Shown: positions 9,872 to 19,636, counted from the stretch's first letter. The stretch: 54,116 nucleotides of DNA from an uncultured Lachnospiraceae bacterium (GCA_964416635.1 CAYQEY010000002.1:1-54116); one strand, 5' to 3'. Numbers and translations are program-made. Notes: generated by a model from the letters alone, not told the origin.

Positions 9872-11047
9872 TTATTTTCCTCCGTATGTCCCCGCTGTAT
9901 CGGTAACCTTGCTGTCGTCTACGACCTTAAGTCTTGAGATCTTGCGGTGCTCGTTAAGCTCCTTGAGGTATCTATCCTCGTCGATGGGAAGCGTTACGGT
10001 CTCGCCGTTGTTCCAACCCGAAAGCTCAATAGAGTTCATAAGCTCAACGCCTGCGATACCGTCAGAACCTGCAACGAAGAGCTTCTCCTTGCCGAGAATG
10101 GCAGCGGTAAAGTTGTTGATGATACCGACGTGCTGAAGATTATTTCCGTCTGTTTCGACCTCGATCTTCTCACACTTGGGTCTGTCAAAACCGGTCGGGC
10201 AGGTGCGCGACCACTCGAAGCTGTCCTCAATGTTCTTATAGTACCAAAGCTTGCCGTTCTCGCAGAGCAGCTTTCCGCGGCTTCCCGACACCTCAAAGCG
10301 GTTCGTACCGGGAGTTTCGCCCGTAGTAGTTACGAACACTCCGGTCGCTCCGTTCTTATAACGGAAGTACGCGGTTACCTCGTCCTCGACCTCTATATCG
10401 TGCCATCTTCCGTACTGGCAGAAGCCGTTGACCGCAACGGGCATCTCTCCGACTACCCACTGAACGAGGTCTATCTGGTGGGGGCACTGATTGATGAGGA
10501 CGCCGCCTCCTTCGCCCTCCCATGTTGCCCTCCAGCTTCCGCTGTCATAGTACTGCTGGGTGCGGAACCAGTCGGTAATTATCCAGTTTACTCTCTGAAG
10601 CTCACCGATACCGCCCTCGGCGATTATCTCCTTCATCTTGCGGTAGAGACAGTTGGTTCGCTGATTGAACATCATACCGAAAAGCGCGTTGCTCTTTTCC
10701 GCTGCCGCGTTCATCTCGCGGACCTGCTTTGTGTAAACTCCGGCAGGCTTTTCGCAGATAACGTGGATACCTCTCTTAAGACATTCCATTACCATCTCGG
10801 GATGCTGATAGTGAGGTACTTCAACGAGTACGGCATCACAAAGTCCGCTGTCGAGCATCTCTATGTAGTTGTCAAAGTAGACCGGATCACACTTAGGTGC
10901 GCGCTTCTTTATGTTCTCTATCTTTGCGGGGTTGTTGTCGCAGACTGCGCTTACAACCGCATCGACCGCCTTTCCTCCCTCGAATATGTTGAAAAGGTAG
11001 CTTGATCCCTGATTTCCGAGTCCTATAATTCCGTATCTTACACTCAT
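9872..11047 (-). CDS. Gfo/Idh/MocA family oxidoreductase
   Basis: The start is moved to M31 (MSVRYGIIGLGNQG), just downstream of the stop of the preceding gene. Motifs CEKPAG and GGGVLINQCPHQIDL. Confidence 0.85.
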   Translation of the reverse strand: MSVRYGIIGLGNQGSSYLFNIFEGGKAVDAVVSAVCDNNPAKIENIKKRAPKCDPVYFDNYIEMLDSGLCDAVLVEVPHYQHPEMVMECLKRGIHVICEKPAGVYTKQVREMNAAAEKSNALFGMMFNQRTNCLYRKMKEIIAEGGIGELQRVNWIITDWFRTQQYYDSGSWRATWEGEGGGVLINQCPHQIDLVQWVVGEMPVAVNGFCQYGRWHDIEVEDEVTAYFRYKNGATGVFVTTTGETPGTNRFEVSGSRGKLLCENGKLWYYKNIEDSFEWSRTCPTGFDRPKCEKIEVETDGNNLQHVGIINNFTAAILGKEKLFVAGSDGIAGVELMNSIELSGWNNGETVTLPIDEDRYLKELNEHRKISRLKVVDDSKVTDTAGTYGGK

Positions 11048-11063
11048 TTTTTCCACCCCCGAA

Positions 11064-11840
11064 TTATTTAATGTTTTTGTCAACGTAGCGGACGCTCTTT
11101 TCCACCTGTCCGAGCGTGTCGGGAAGAATAGCCGCATTGTCCTGCTCTACAAGAAAATATTTTGCACCTGCCTTACGTGCAGCATCGATAACCGCCCGGA
11201 AGTTGATATTTCCGTCGCCTACGGGTGCGAAGGTCGGCTTGACCCATCTTCCCTCATCGTTGAGAACTATCATATAGTCCTTAAGGTGTACGCACTCGAT
11301 CCTTCCGCTGAGCTTTTCTATCGTCGAAACTATATCAACGCCTCCGCTCTGAAGCCAATAGGTATCAACGGTGAAGTTGATATACGGAGCATCGATCAAC
11401 ATATCGAATACTGTCTTTCCGTCGTAGCGCAGAAATTCGAAATCGTGATGGTGATAGAAGAATTTAAATCCCCTCTTCGCCATTCTCTCACCTGCCTCGT
11501 TGAGCCGCGCTATGGTCGTTGCGCACTTTTCGGGATCTTTGATAACGTCGACCGGCATCATGCCGAGACCTATATTCTTACATCCGATGCTCTCATGCTC
11601 GTCCATAAGTGCCTCGGTATCGTTGAGAATACGGTCCATTGGAACGTGAGTGAGAACGACGGGCATGCCCGATGCGTCTATCACTCTCTTTATCATGGGT
11701 GCATCAAAGGGCGCGCCCGAAAACTGCATATAGGAATATCCCATCTCCTTGAGTTTTTTTGCAGTCTCGAGAAAATGCTCCTCGGTGTCCAGATAATTTC
11801 TGATCGAAAAAAGGTTGAGTCCGAGTCCCTCTTTTATCAT
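11064..11840 (-). CDS. Sugar phosphate isomerase/epimerase (xylose-isomerase-like TIM barrel)
   Basis: About 258 aa with the family's typical length and motifs (GYSYMQFSG..., HHHDFEF, VHLKD, ...VEQD). ATGA start/stop overlap with the upstream gene. Confidence 0.75.
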   Translation of the reverse strand: MIKEGLGLNLFSIRNYLDTEEHFLETAKKLKEMGYSYMQFSGAPFDAPMIKRVIDASGMPVVLTHVPMDRILNDTEALMDEHESIGCKNIGLGMMPVDVIKDPEKCATTIARLNEAGERMAKRGFKFFYHHHDFEFLRYDGKTVFDMLIDAPYINFTVDTYWLQSGGVDIVSTIEKLSGRIECVHLKDYMIVLNDEGRWVKPTFAPVGDGNINFRAVIDAARKAGAKYFLVEQDNAAILPDTLGQVEKSVRYVDKNIK

Positions 11841-12688
11841 TTGCAAAAGCCTCCTTCTGTTTCGGTGTAACCGTTATTTAAAAATATCGCCTTGAGTGCG
11901 CCGACAGCCGCGTCAAACGACTCGCGATTGTTTTCAAAATGAAATTTATGCTTCATCTTTTCGCCGTCTATTTTATCATATCCGCTGAAGATCATAAGAT
12001 GCGGCTCGATGGTCATCACTGTATCATGATCTATCATTGAGACAAGTCTCGGTATCTGTCCGTCGCCCTCCCCCGCGGGAACGAGCTCTCCGGTTGCCGA
12101 TATAACGTCCTTGATATGAAAATAATCGCTTATCGGATGAATGAGCGGAAGGGTCCTGTCGGCGCTCTCACCCACCTGCAAAAAATTCGCGGGATCGTAA
12201 ACAAAGTGCAGACCGCAAACGTTGTTTTTAAGATCCAACACACGCTCCGCCGTATCACCGTAAATACCCTTTTCGTTTTCGTGATAGAGACCCACACCAT
12301 AGCTGTTTGCCACTTCGATCATTCTGTGCAGATTGTCGATCACCCTCTCTCTTTCGCCGACAGATTCGAAAAAGCTGAACATTCTTATCCTGTCTGCCTC
12401 AAAGGTATTTGCGAGCTCGCATATATGCTTTACCGTATCAAGATATTCGTTGATATCCACCGATATGTTGACCTTGCCCATGGGCGAGCCGACCGCGGAA
12501 AGCGCGATACCTTCATTTTTAAGCGTCGAGTATATTCCGGACGCCTCGACAAGCGTCATTTCGGCTACGTTTTTGTTGTCTACCGAACGAAGCTCGGTAA
12601 GGGCGATGTTGTTTCTTTGGAGAGCACTTATCTGTTCCTCAAGACTTACACCCGCTTCGTCGGAAAACGCACTTAACCTTATGTACAT
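11837..12688 (-). CDS. Sugar phosphate isomerase/epimerase (xylose-isomerase-like TIM barrel)
   Basis: About 283 aa with YHENEKGIYGD, DPANF, FHIKD and TIEPH metal-site-like motifs. Confidence 0.75.
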   Translation of the reverse strand: MYIRLSAFSDEAGVSLEEQISALQRNNIALTELRSVDNKNVAEMTLVEASGIYSTLKNEGIALSAVGSPMGKVNISVDINEYLDTVKHICELANTFEADRIRMFSFFESVGERERVIDNLHRMIEVANSYGVGLYHENEKGIYGDTAERVLDLKNNVCGLHFVYDPANFLQVGESADRTLPLIHPISDYFHIKDVISATGELVPAGEGDGQIPRLVSMIDHDTVMTIEPHLMIFSGYDKIDGEKMKHKFHFENNRESFDAAVGALKAIFLNNGYTETEGGFCK

Positions 12689-12711
12689 ATTTATCTCCTT
12701 CCGGATTTTAT

Positions 12712-13608
12712 TTACTGTTCAATTTCGCAAGCATATGGAATGGAATCGCTTGCCCCCGCCCGGCTTACTGTAACCGACGAGACCTTGGTCGCGTATTTTA
12801 CGGAGTCTTTGAGCGAGTCGCCATTCGAGAGCCTTGCGCAAAGAGCGCCGATAAAGCTGTCGCCTGCCGAGGTGGTATCTACCGCTACGGTTTTTATCGC
12901 AGGGCAGAAGACCGTCTCCTCGCCGTCATTATACACGCATCCTCGGCTTCCCATAGTTATTATCACAGTGCCCGTGCCCTTTGCTCTGAGAGCTTCAAGT
13001 GCGCGGCGCGCGCTCTCCTCGTCGGCAGGATATATGCCGCTCAGGTCGTGTGCTTCATGCTCGTTGGGAACGAGAATGTCGACGAGCGAATAAAACTCAT
13101 CCGGCATTTTTTTATAAGGTGCGGGGTTTACCACCACTCGAGTGCCACCCGCCTTGGCTATTCTTGCCGCGTGAATTATCGACTCGACGGGTATCTCATA
13201 CTGCATCATGACGGTGTCCGCCTCTGCGATAAGCTCTTTAAGACTGTCTATCATCTCGGGTGTAACCAAAGCGTTCGCGCCCGCGTCAAGCACTATGAAA
13301 TTATCTCCGCCGACGACGGTTATAACGGCACATCCCGTGGGCACAGAATCGGATATCACACCCTTGAACTCTATGCCGTACCCTTCGAGGCGCGAGCGCA
13401 GCATCTGTCCGTTGGGATCATTTCCGAGTGCTCCGATAAATTCAACGTCTCCGCCGAGCTTCTTTGCCGCAACCGCCTGATTGAGTCCTTTTCCTCCTGC
13501 GCCTATTGAAAATCCCTCGCCCACAAGCGTCTCACCCAAAGCGGGCACACGGGGAGATCGGATAACGAGATCGGCGTTTGCGCTTCCTATAACAAGTATC
13601 TTTTTCAT
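12712..13608 (-). CDS. rbsK: Ribokinase (PfkB family)
   Basis: MKKILVIGSANADLV..., GGKGLNQAVAAKKLG, and C-terminal VDTTSAGDSFIGAL (the DTxGAGD-type anion hole). Confidence 0.85.
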   Translation of the reverse strand: MKKILVIGSANADLVIRSPRVPALGETLVGEGFSIGAGGKGLNQAVAAKKLGGDVEFIGALGNDPNGQMLRSRLEGYGIEFKGVISDSVPTGCAVITVVGGDNFIVLDAGANALVTPEMIDSLKELIAEADTVMMQYEIPVESIIHAARIAKAGGTRVVVNPAPYKKMPDEFYSLVDILVPNEHEAHDLSGIYPADEESARRALEALRAKGTGTVIITMGSRGCVYNDGEETVFCPAIKTVAVDTTSAGDSFIGALCARLSNGDSLKDSVKYATKVSSVTVSRAGASDSIPYACEIEQ

Positions 13609-13665
13609 ATCAATTACTCCAACGGTATATTCACGTTTTTAATGATAGACCGACCACGATAAAGC

Positions 13666-14532
13666 TCACTTTTCCTTTCGGCTGACGTTCGGCGAAACAC
13701 CGAAATAATCCTTGTAGGATCGGCTGAAGGTATATATTGATGAAAAATTGAGCAACTCGGATATCTGAGTAACGCTCAGCTTTCCCTCTGCGAGCAAAAG
13801 TCGCGCGGCATCAAGTCGGCGACGACGGTAGTATGAGCACAAAGTCTCCGAGGTAGTCCGACTGAAAAGATCGGATATGTAGCTGTAATTGTAGTGCATG
13901 GCTTCTGCCACATCCGAAAGGCTCGACATAGTGTAGATGTGCGTGTCTATGTAATTCATTATTCTGTAGCAGAACTCTTCGGGCTTGCTCACGCTCCGCT
14001 CTGTGCTTTTGACCTCAAGCGTGCGGAACGCCCTGATTGTGTAGCATATGATCTGCTCGATCATCGCGTGTATCTGCCGCTCGGCGTAGGTGTCCTCGTC
14101 AGTCATCTCTGAAATGATATTTCCAACCAAGAAGCTGACACGCTCGTCGCGAAAGACTCTGTAATTGCTGAGCATACATCGCTCTCTTACATTCTCAAGC
14201 TCGCGTGCGATCTCATCGTTCTCACTGCGGAACGCAAAAAAGCAAAATTGCAACGGGCGGTTCTCGCTCGACCGTATCTCATGGAATTCGCTCGGAAAGG
14301 AAAAATAAATGTCTCCCTTTTCAACCTCTGTAGCCTCTCCGTTGGTTAAAACTGTGCCCTTGCCGCCCGTGACCACGGTCAGCTCATACCAATTGAGGTG
14401 CGCGTGCAGGTCTATAGTGTTATTTGCACCGCTGTGGATCTTGCCAACCTGGTAAAGAAGATGTTCACCGAAGCTTCGGGGAGCAAGAATATAATTTTTT
14501 TCTATGGCGTATTTTACATTACAGTTATCCAT
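13666..14532 (-). CDS. AraC family transcriptional regulator (cupin sensor plus HTH)
   Basis: N-terminal cupin-like region and a C-terminal double HTH (SLSDVAEAMHYNYSYISDLF..., VTQISELLNFSSIYTFSRSYKDYFGVSP). It is divergent from the 14751 operon. Confidence 0.85.
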   Translation of the reverse strand: MDNCNVKYAIEKNYILAPRSFGEHLLYQVGKIHSGANNTIDLHAHLNWYELTVVTGGKGTVLTNGEATEVEKGDIYFSFPSEFHEIRSSENRPLQFCFFAFRSENDEIARELENVRERCMLSNYRVFRDERVSFLVGNIISEMTDEDTYAERQIHAMIEQIICYTIRAFRTLEVKSTERSVSKPEEFCYRIMNYIDTHIYTMSSLSDVAEAMHYNYSYISDLFSRTTSETLCSYYRRRRLDAARLLLAEGKLSVTQISELLNFSSIYTFSRSYKDYFGVSPNVSRKEK

Positions 14533-14750
14533 GCCACACCTTCCTTTTTATGATTATATCATCCTTACCTCTTCCTGTCAATAAAAATAACAAATTTTTT
14601 TGCCCATTCTTATGCTGTGAGAAGCTAAAACCAAAATAATGCAAAATTTAAGATAAAGTTATGCTATTTACTATACAGTAAAAGAATTATATAATAGAGC
14701 TTGAAATGCATGATTGCATTTTTATCAAAAATGAAGGTAGGTAAAATTTT

Positions 14751-15812
14751 ATGAAAACCACTGTTATTGCAATAGTAGGTTGCGGAAGGATCGCCAACGG
14801 AGCACATCTTCCCGCTCTCGCAAAACTTGATAACGTAAGGATCAAATATGCGTGTGACCTGATTTTGGAAAAGGCTGAAAAGGCTAAGGCTGATTTTCCC
14901 AAGATCGAGCAGGTCATCACCGACTATAACGTAGCTCTCGCCGATCCCGAGGTCGAGGCTGTATTCGTTCTCACGCCCAACTATGCTCACTATACCGTAA
15001 CGATGGACGCGCTTCGCGCAGGCAAGCACGTTATGTGCGAAAAGCCCGTTACCGTAAACTATGCACTCTCCTGCGAGATGGCTGCAGAGGCGGACAAACA
15101 GGGTAAGATCCTCAATATCGGTGTTTGTAACCGTTACCACAAGTCTGTCGAGCTTCTCGAAGAACTTAACAGAAACGGTGAGTTCGGCAATATCTACCAC
15201 ATATATTGCTCCTTCCGCTCTTTCCGTTCGATCCCCGGGCTCGGCGGTCCGTTTACCGACAAATCTCAATCGGGCGGAGGCGTGCTTATCGACTGGGGTA
15301 TCCACTTCCTCGATCTTATCCTCTACATACTCGGCGATGCAAAGATCAAAAACGTTACCTGCGATGCCTACAGCGAGATGGCAAAGGATATGAAGTCCTA
15401 CAAAAGTAAGGGAATGTGGGCTGAAGATACGGCTGACATCGAGAACGGCGTAAACAACGTTGACGACTTTATCACAGGCTATATCCGCACCGATAAAGCA
15501 ACCATTTCCTTCAACGGAGCTTGGGCGCAGAATATAGACGAACACGAGATGTTTATAGACTTTTTGGGCGACAAGAAGGGCGCGAGACTCACGTACTGTG
15601 GTCAGTTCAAGGTTACCGACGGTCAGACGCTTGAGACTGTCGAGACACAGCACGATATTCCGAATATGTATCTGTGTGAGGACGAGGCATTTATCGAGTC
15701 CATAAACACCGGCGTCAAGAACAAGAACAATATCGACAATATCCTTGAGAGCATGAAACTTCTCGATTATCTCTACCGCTCGGCAGAGCTCGGCAAAGAG
15801 ATAGAGCTTTGA
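14751..15812 (+). CDS. Gfo/Idh/MocA family oxidoreductase
   Basis: MKTTVIAIVGCGRIANGAHLPAL, CEKPV, GGGVLIDWGIHFLDL. Confidence 0.85.
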   Translation: MKTTVIAIVGCGRIANGAHLPALAKLDNVRIKYACDLILEKAEKAKADFPKIEQVITDYNVALADPEVEAVFVLTPNYAHYTVTMDALRAGKHVMCEKPVTVNYALSCEMAAEADKQGKILNIGVCNRYHKSVELLEELNRNGEFGNIYHIYCSFRSFRSIPGLGGPFTDKSQSGGGVLIDWGIHFLDLILYILGDAKIKNVTCDAYSEMAKDMKSYKSKGMWAEDTADIENGVNNVDDFITGYIRTDKATISFNGAWAQNIDEHEMFIDFLGDKKGARLTYCGQFKVTDGQTLETVETQHDIPNMYLCEDEAFIESINTGVKNKNNIDNILESMKLLDYLYRSAELGKEIEL

Positions 15813-15828
15813 GTTCAAAAGTAAAACC

Positions 15829-16674
15829 ATGAAAAAAATAGGATTTGTTGATTTTTATATAAGCGAGTGGCACGCAAACAACTATCCTGCGTGGATAAAC
15901 GGTGTTTGCGAGGAACAAGGGCTTGACTATTCACTCGCCTACGTCTGGGCTGAGCAGGATGTCTCACCCGTAGACGGCAGAAGCACCGCAGAATGGTGCA
16001 AAGCCTTCGGTGCGGAAGAATGCGCGACGGTGCAGGAGCTTTGCGAGAGATCCGACGTTATCTTTATTCTCGCACCCACGAATCCCGAAAAGCACCTGCC
16101 ATATGCAAAAGCGGTACTTCCTTACCGAAAGCCGACCTACATAGATAAGACCTTCGCGCAAAATCTCAAGGAGGCAGAGGAGATATTCGGGCTTGCCGAA
16201 AAATACGGCACCCCGTTCTTCTCTTCCTCGGCTCTCCGCTACGAAGAGTCACTCAACGACGTTGAGGATTGCAGAAACATAACGGTATTCATTTCGGGAT
16301 CGTCGGTTGGGGAATACATCATCCACGACATCGAAATGGTGGCCAAGAAGCTCGGTATCGGTGCAAACAGAGTAATGTGCATCAAAAACGGCGGGCAGAT
16401 GTTCTTCCATCTCGGATATGAAGACGACCGCTCTGCGTGTCTGGTATATGCGAATTTCGGTCTGCCGGGTGCGAGCATAATGCAATCTGCCGACGGCAAG
16501 GGAAAAACCGCAAATTCAAGAAGCGATATCTTTAAGCTGCTCATAAAGGATATTCTGCGTTTCTTCGGCGACGGCAAGGTAAGCTTCGACACCGCACAGA
16601 CACTTGAAGCTATAAAGATACGCGACGCCGTACTCGCGTCGGAGAAAAAGTGCGGCGAATGGATAAATTTCTGA
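15829..16674 (+). CDS. Gfo/Idh/MocA-like protein with a degenerate dinucleotide-binding motif
   Basis: MKKIGFVDFYISEWHANNYP... replaces GxGxxG. The rest resembles the N-terminal oxidoreductase fold (ILAPTNPEKHL..., YIDKTFA). The SD is weak, but the gene is tightly packed in the operon. Confidence 0.55.
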   Translation: MKKIGFVDFYISEWHANNYPAWINGVCEEQGLDYSLAYVWAEQDVSPVDGRSTAEWCKAFGAEECATVQELCERSDVIFILAPTNPEKHLPYAKAVLPYRKPTYIDKTFAQNLKEAEEIFGLAEKYGTPFFSSSALRYEESLNDVEDCRNITVFISGSSVGEYIIHDIEMVAKKLGIGANRVMCIKNGGQMFFHLGYEDDRSACLVYANFGLPGASIMQSADGKGKTANSRSDIFKLLIKDILRFFGDGKVSFDTAQTLEAIKIRDAVLASEKKCGEWINF

Positions 16675-16705
16675 TAATATAATTTTAAAATAAGAGGTTA
16701 ATATT

Positions 16706-17557
16706 ATGAAAATCGGTGTGATCACAGACTGCTTCGGTCTTCCCGTAGACTCGGCGATCAGACGTGCCGCGGCTCTCGGCTTTGACGGAGTGCAGATATA
16801 CGCTACGACCGGCAAATTTTCTCCCGACGCACTCGATGCGGCGGCAAGAAAGAGCTATCGCGACTTACTTCGCGAAAACAAGCTTGAAGTCAGCGCGCTT
16901 TGCGGAGATATGGGCGGACACGGATTTCAGATCGCGGCGGACAACACCGCTAGGATCGAAATGACAAACAGGATCATAGACCTTGCCTGCGAATTTGAAA
17001 CCGGCGTGGTTACTACCCATATCGGTGTCATTCCGTCGGACAAAAACGACGTCACCTACGGCGTTATGCTCGATGCGCTGACCAAGTGCGGAAAATATGC
17101 AAAGGCGCACGGAGTTACTCTCGCCATCGAAACAGGCCCCGAAACGGCAGATGTCCTTTACGGTTTTATCTGCGATACCGAGGGCGGTGTCGGAGTAAAC
17201 CTTGACCCTGCAAACTTCGTTATGGTTACGGGTCAGGATCCGGTCGAGGCTGTAAAGCTCCTCGGAAAGCATATCGTTCACACGCACGTGAAGGACGGTA
17301 TTATGCTTAAAAAGACAGATCCCAAGATCATCTACGAGCACTTTGCGACCGGTGGCATCGAGGCGCTGAACGTTGCGGACTTCTTCAAGGAAGTGCCCGT
17401 AGGTACGGGAGACGTTGATTTTCCCGCTTATATCGCGGCGCTGAAGGCGGCAGGCTTTGACGGATATCTCACTATCGAGCGCGAAACGGGAAAAGATCCC
17501 GAGGCGGATATCATACTTGCAAAAAATACTATTAAAAGATTTGTCGTCGGAGAATAG
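16706..17557 (+). CDS. Sugar phosphate isomerase/epimerase (xylose-isomerase-like TIM barrel)
   Basis: Motifs LAIETG, LDPANF, HTHVKD, TIERE; 283 aa. Confidence 0.75.
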   Translation: MKIGVITDCFGLPVDSAIRRAAALGFDGVQIYATTGKFSPDALDAAARKSYRDLLRENKLEVSALCGDMGGHGFQIAADNTARIEMTNRIIDLACEFETGVVTTHIGVIPSDKNDVTYGVMLDALTKCGKYAKAHGVTLAIETGPETADVLYGFICDTEGGVGVNLDPANFVMVTGQDPVEAVKLLGKHIVHTHVKDGIMLKKTDPKIIYEHFATGGIEALNVADFFKEVPVGTGDVDFPAYIAALKAAGFDGYLTIERETGKDPEADIILAKNTIKRFVVGE

Positions 17558-17560
17558 ATC

Positions 17561-18220
17561 ATGGAAATCAAAGGGCTTAAGATTAATTTTCTCGGAGACA
17601 GCATCACAGAGGGATCGGGAACGAGCGGTGTTGACAAGACCTATTGGAGTCTGATCAAGAGCAAATACGGTGCAGCAGAGGTACGCGGATACGGAATCGG
17701 CGGTACGAGATTTGCACGGCAAAAAAAGCCGTCGCAATACCCGCGTCATGACCTCGATTTCTGTTCAAGATACGCGGAAATGGAAAACGATGCTGACCTC
17801 GTCGTGGTTTTCGGCGGCACAAACGACTTCGGTCACGGCGATGCTCCGCTCGGACAAATGAGCGACCGCACGGACACCACTTTTTACGGCGCCTGCCACA
17901 CACTCTTTGAGGGTCTTATAAATAAATACCCTGCCTCGACCGTTGTGGTAATGACTCCTCTGCACCGTTGCAACGAGGATAATCTGCGGGGCGACGGATA
18001 CAAAGCGTGCGACGTTGCACCGCTTTCTACCTATGTCAAAATAATCAAAGAAGTGGCAGCATACTATTCCCTGCCCCTGCTTGATCTGTGGTCGGTAAGC
18101 TCCATTCAGCCTAAGGTAGAGGTCATAAAGCAGAAATTCTGCCCCGACGGACTGCATCCGAACGACGCGGGTCATGAGTTGATCGCATCAAGACTTGTGG
18201 GATTTATAAAAACACTTTAA
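17561..18220 (+). CDS. SGNH/GDSL hydrolase
   Basis: FLGDSITEGSG, GGTNDF, DGLHPN (blocks I, III and V). Confidence 0.8.
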   Translation: MEIKGLKINFLGDSITEGSGTSGVDKTYWSLIKSKYGAAEVRGYGIGGTRFARQKKPSQYPRHDLDFCSRYAEMENDADLVVVFGGTNDFGHGDAPLGQMSDRTDTTFYGACHTLFEGLINKYPASTVVVMTPLHRCNEDNLRGDGYKACDVAPLSTYVKIIKEVAAYYSLPLLDLWSVSSIQPKVEVIKQKFCPDGLHPNDAGHELIASRLVGFIKTL

Positions 18221-18240
18221 AGCTTTGCGTTTTTCGCACT

Positions 18241-18285
18241 AAAAAAGCTTTCCCTTGCGCTTTGCTTGGGAAAGCTTTTTTATTA
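18241..18285. terminator. Bidirectional intrinsic terminator
   Basis: Stem AAAAGCTTTCCC / GGGAAAGCTTTT flanked by an A-run and a T-run, between convergent genes. Confidence 0.65.
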
Positions 18286-18308
18286 TTTTTCGCAATAAAG
18301 TCTCGGCA

Positions 18309-19595
18309 TTAGTCCTCTCGCTGTGCAAAGCCCGCATGCAAAATGAACTTCCTGATAAAACCGTACACAAGCGCGACGGTGACTATCAGCGCGCATACGC
18401 CGAGAAGCACCCAAAACACCGCTATCCAGCCGTATGCGTCTGCAATGCTTCCGAGGACGTAGGTGCTCAACGTACTTCCGAGATAACAAAATCCGTTAAG
18501 CACTCCCGCGATCAGACCCGAGTTGACCTTTCCCTTCATAAACAGCGGGAATGTGCTCGTTATAAGACTGTTACAGGATGAGATGAGGAAAGATACTATC
18601 GTGAACCCCACCAAGGTCAGCGCAAACATATTAAACGAAACTCCGCCGATAACTACTCCTATCACCGCACCGGATATCAGAAACATCAGCGCACATTGAT
18701 ATATAAAATCGTGCATTCTTCCGTGAACGAACACGGCAAACGCATTTCCGAATATGGCAACCAGAGGCAGTGCTACAGTAAGTATTATGGACAGCGAATC
18801 ATCAAGTCCGTACATCTTTTTAAGTATCACCGGCACCCATGTTCCGAGTCCGTCTTTGATAAGATTTGCAGCCACTCCGCAGATGGCAAGCATACAGACC
18901 GCCAAATACACAGCCTTCTTGTCCGCGGCTTTTTTTGAGATATCCGCCCTTGTGTCGGGTGAGTCTGCCGAAATTTTGCAGGCTGCATCCTTTGAGGGAA
19001 GCTCTGTCCTTGACACGACCGTTATCCACACCAGAGCAACGCCGATGAGTACTGCCGACGCCAAATAAAACGCCGCTTTAAAGGTAGTAAAGAGTGAGAA
19101 TATCGAACTTGTACCGTATACGAAGAAGGTTCCCACAGCGACCGTGGTTCCAAGTATTATGCTCGCCTTTACCATATACTTTTTAGAAAGCGTTTCGGAA
19201 AGGAAGCGTACAATAGAGGGCCAGAGTATGGAAAGCGAAAATCCGTTTATTGCCCATAAATATTTTATCGGTCCGAAAATCGGTAAAAATGGAATTAAAA
19301 GATTTATGATGCCGGATATGCAAAGGCTGAAAAATATCATCCATTTTACATTGTACCTTTTGCAAAAGATACCGTTCACTATCTGCCCTATTCCATACGA
19401 AAAAAAGAAAAGCGTTCCGGGCAGTCCGGCGATCGAGTAGTTTTCAATAGAGAAATACTCCTGAATGAGATTGATATTTGCCGAATAATTGACTTTGCCT
19501 ATGTAAGAGCAGGAATAAACCAGCCAACAAAGCCAGATAAGCGCCATAGACGAACGCTTCTCCCGAAATTCCTGCGTTTGCGAATCGTTTTTCAT
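18309..19595 (-). CDS. MFS transporter
   Basis: Twelve hydrophobic segments, about 430 aa. The start is ambiguous: TTG/ATG at 19640/19637 overlaps the GH43 stop (TGATG), or M16 (MKNDSQ) has a GGGA SD. Confidence 0.7.
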   Translation of the reverse strand: MKNDSQTQEFREKRSSMALIWLCWLVYSCSYIGKVNYSANINLIQEYFSIENYSIAGLPGTLFFFSYGIGQIVNGIFCKRYNVKWMIFFSLCISGIINLLIPFLPIFGPIKYLWAINGFSLSILWPSIVRFLSETLSKKYMVKASIILGTTVAVGTFFVYGTSSIFSLFTTFKAAFYLASAVLIGVALVWITVVSRTELPSKDAACKISADSPDTRADISKKAADKKAVYLAVCMLAICGVAANLIKDGLGTWVPVILKKMYGLDDSLSIILTVALPLVAIFGNAFAVFVHGRMHDFIYQCALMFLISGAVIGVVIGGVSFNMFALTLVGFTIVSFLISSCNSLITSTFPLFMKGKVNSGLIAGVLNGFCYLGSTLSTYVLGSIADAYGWIAVFWVLLGVCALIVTVALVYGFIRKFILHAGFAQRED

Positions 19596-19636
19596 AATAT
19601 TTTCCCTAACATTAAGAGTACCGCGTCCAACGGGCA

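Noticed and set aside
14664-15830. 388-aa ORF on the minus strand, plus similar long ORFs at 7692..8729(+), 9947..11005(+), 16865..17749(-), 26851..27513(+), 28799..30163(+), 46805..48061(+) and 53258..53914(+)
   Set aside because: Each lies antisense to a gene with clear family motifs (Gfo/Idh/MocA, GH43, GH78 and others). Their translations are low-complexity with no recognisable domain. They lack SD sequences and are the usual stop-poor shadow frames of GC-rich coding DNA.
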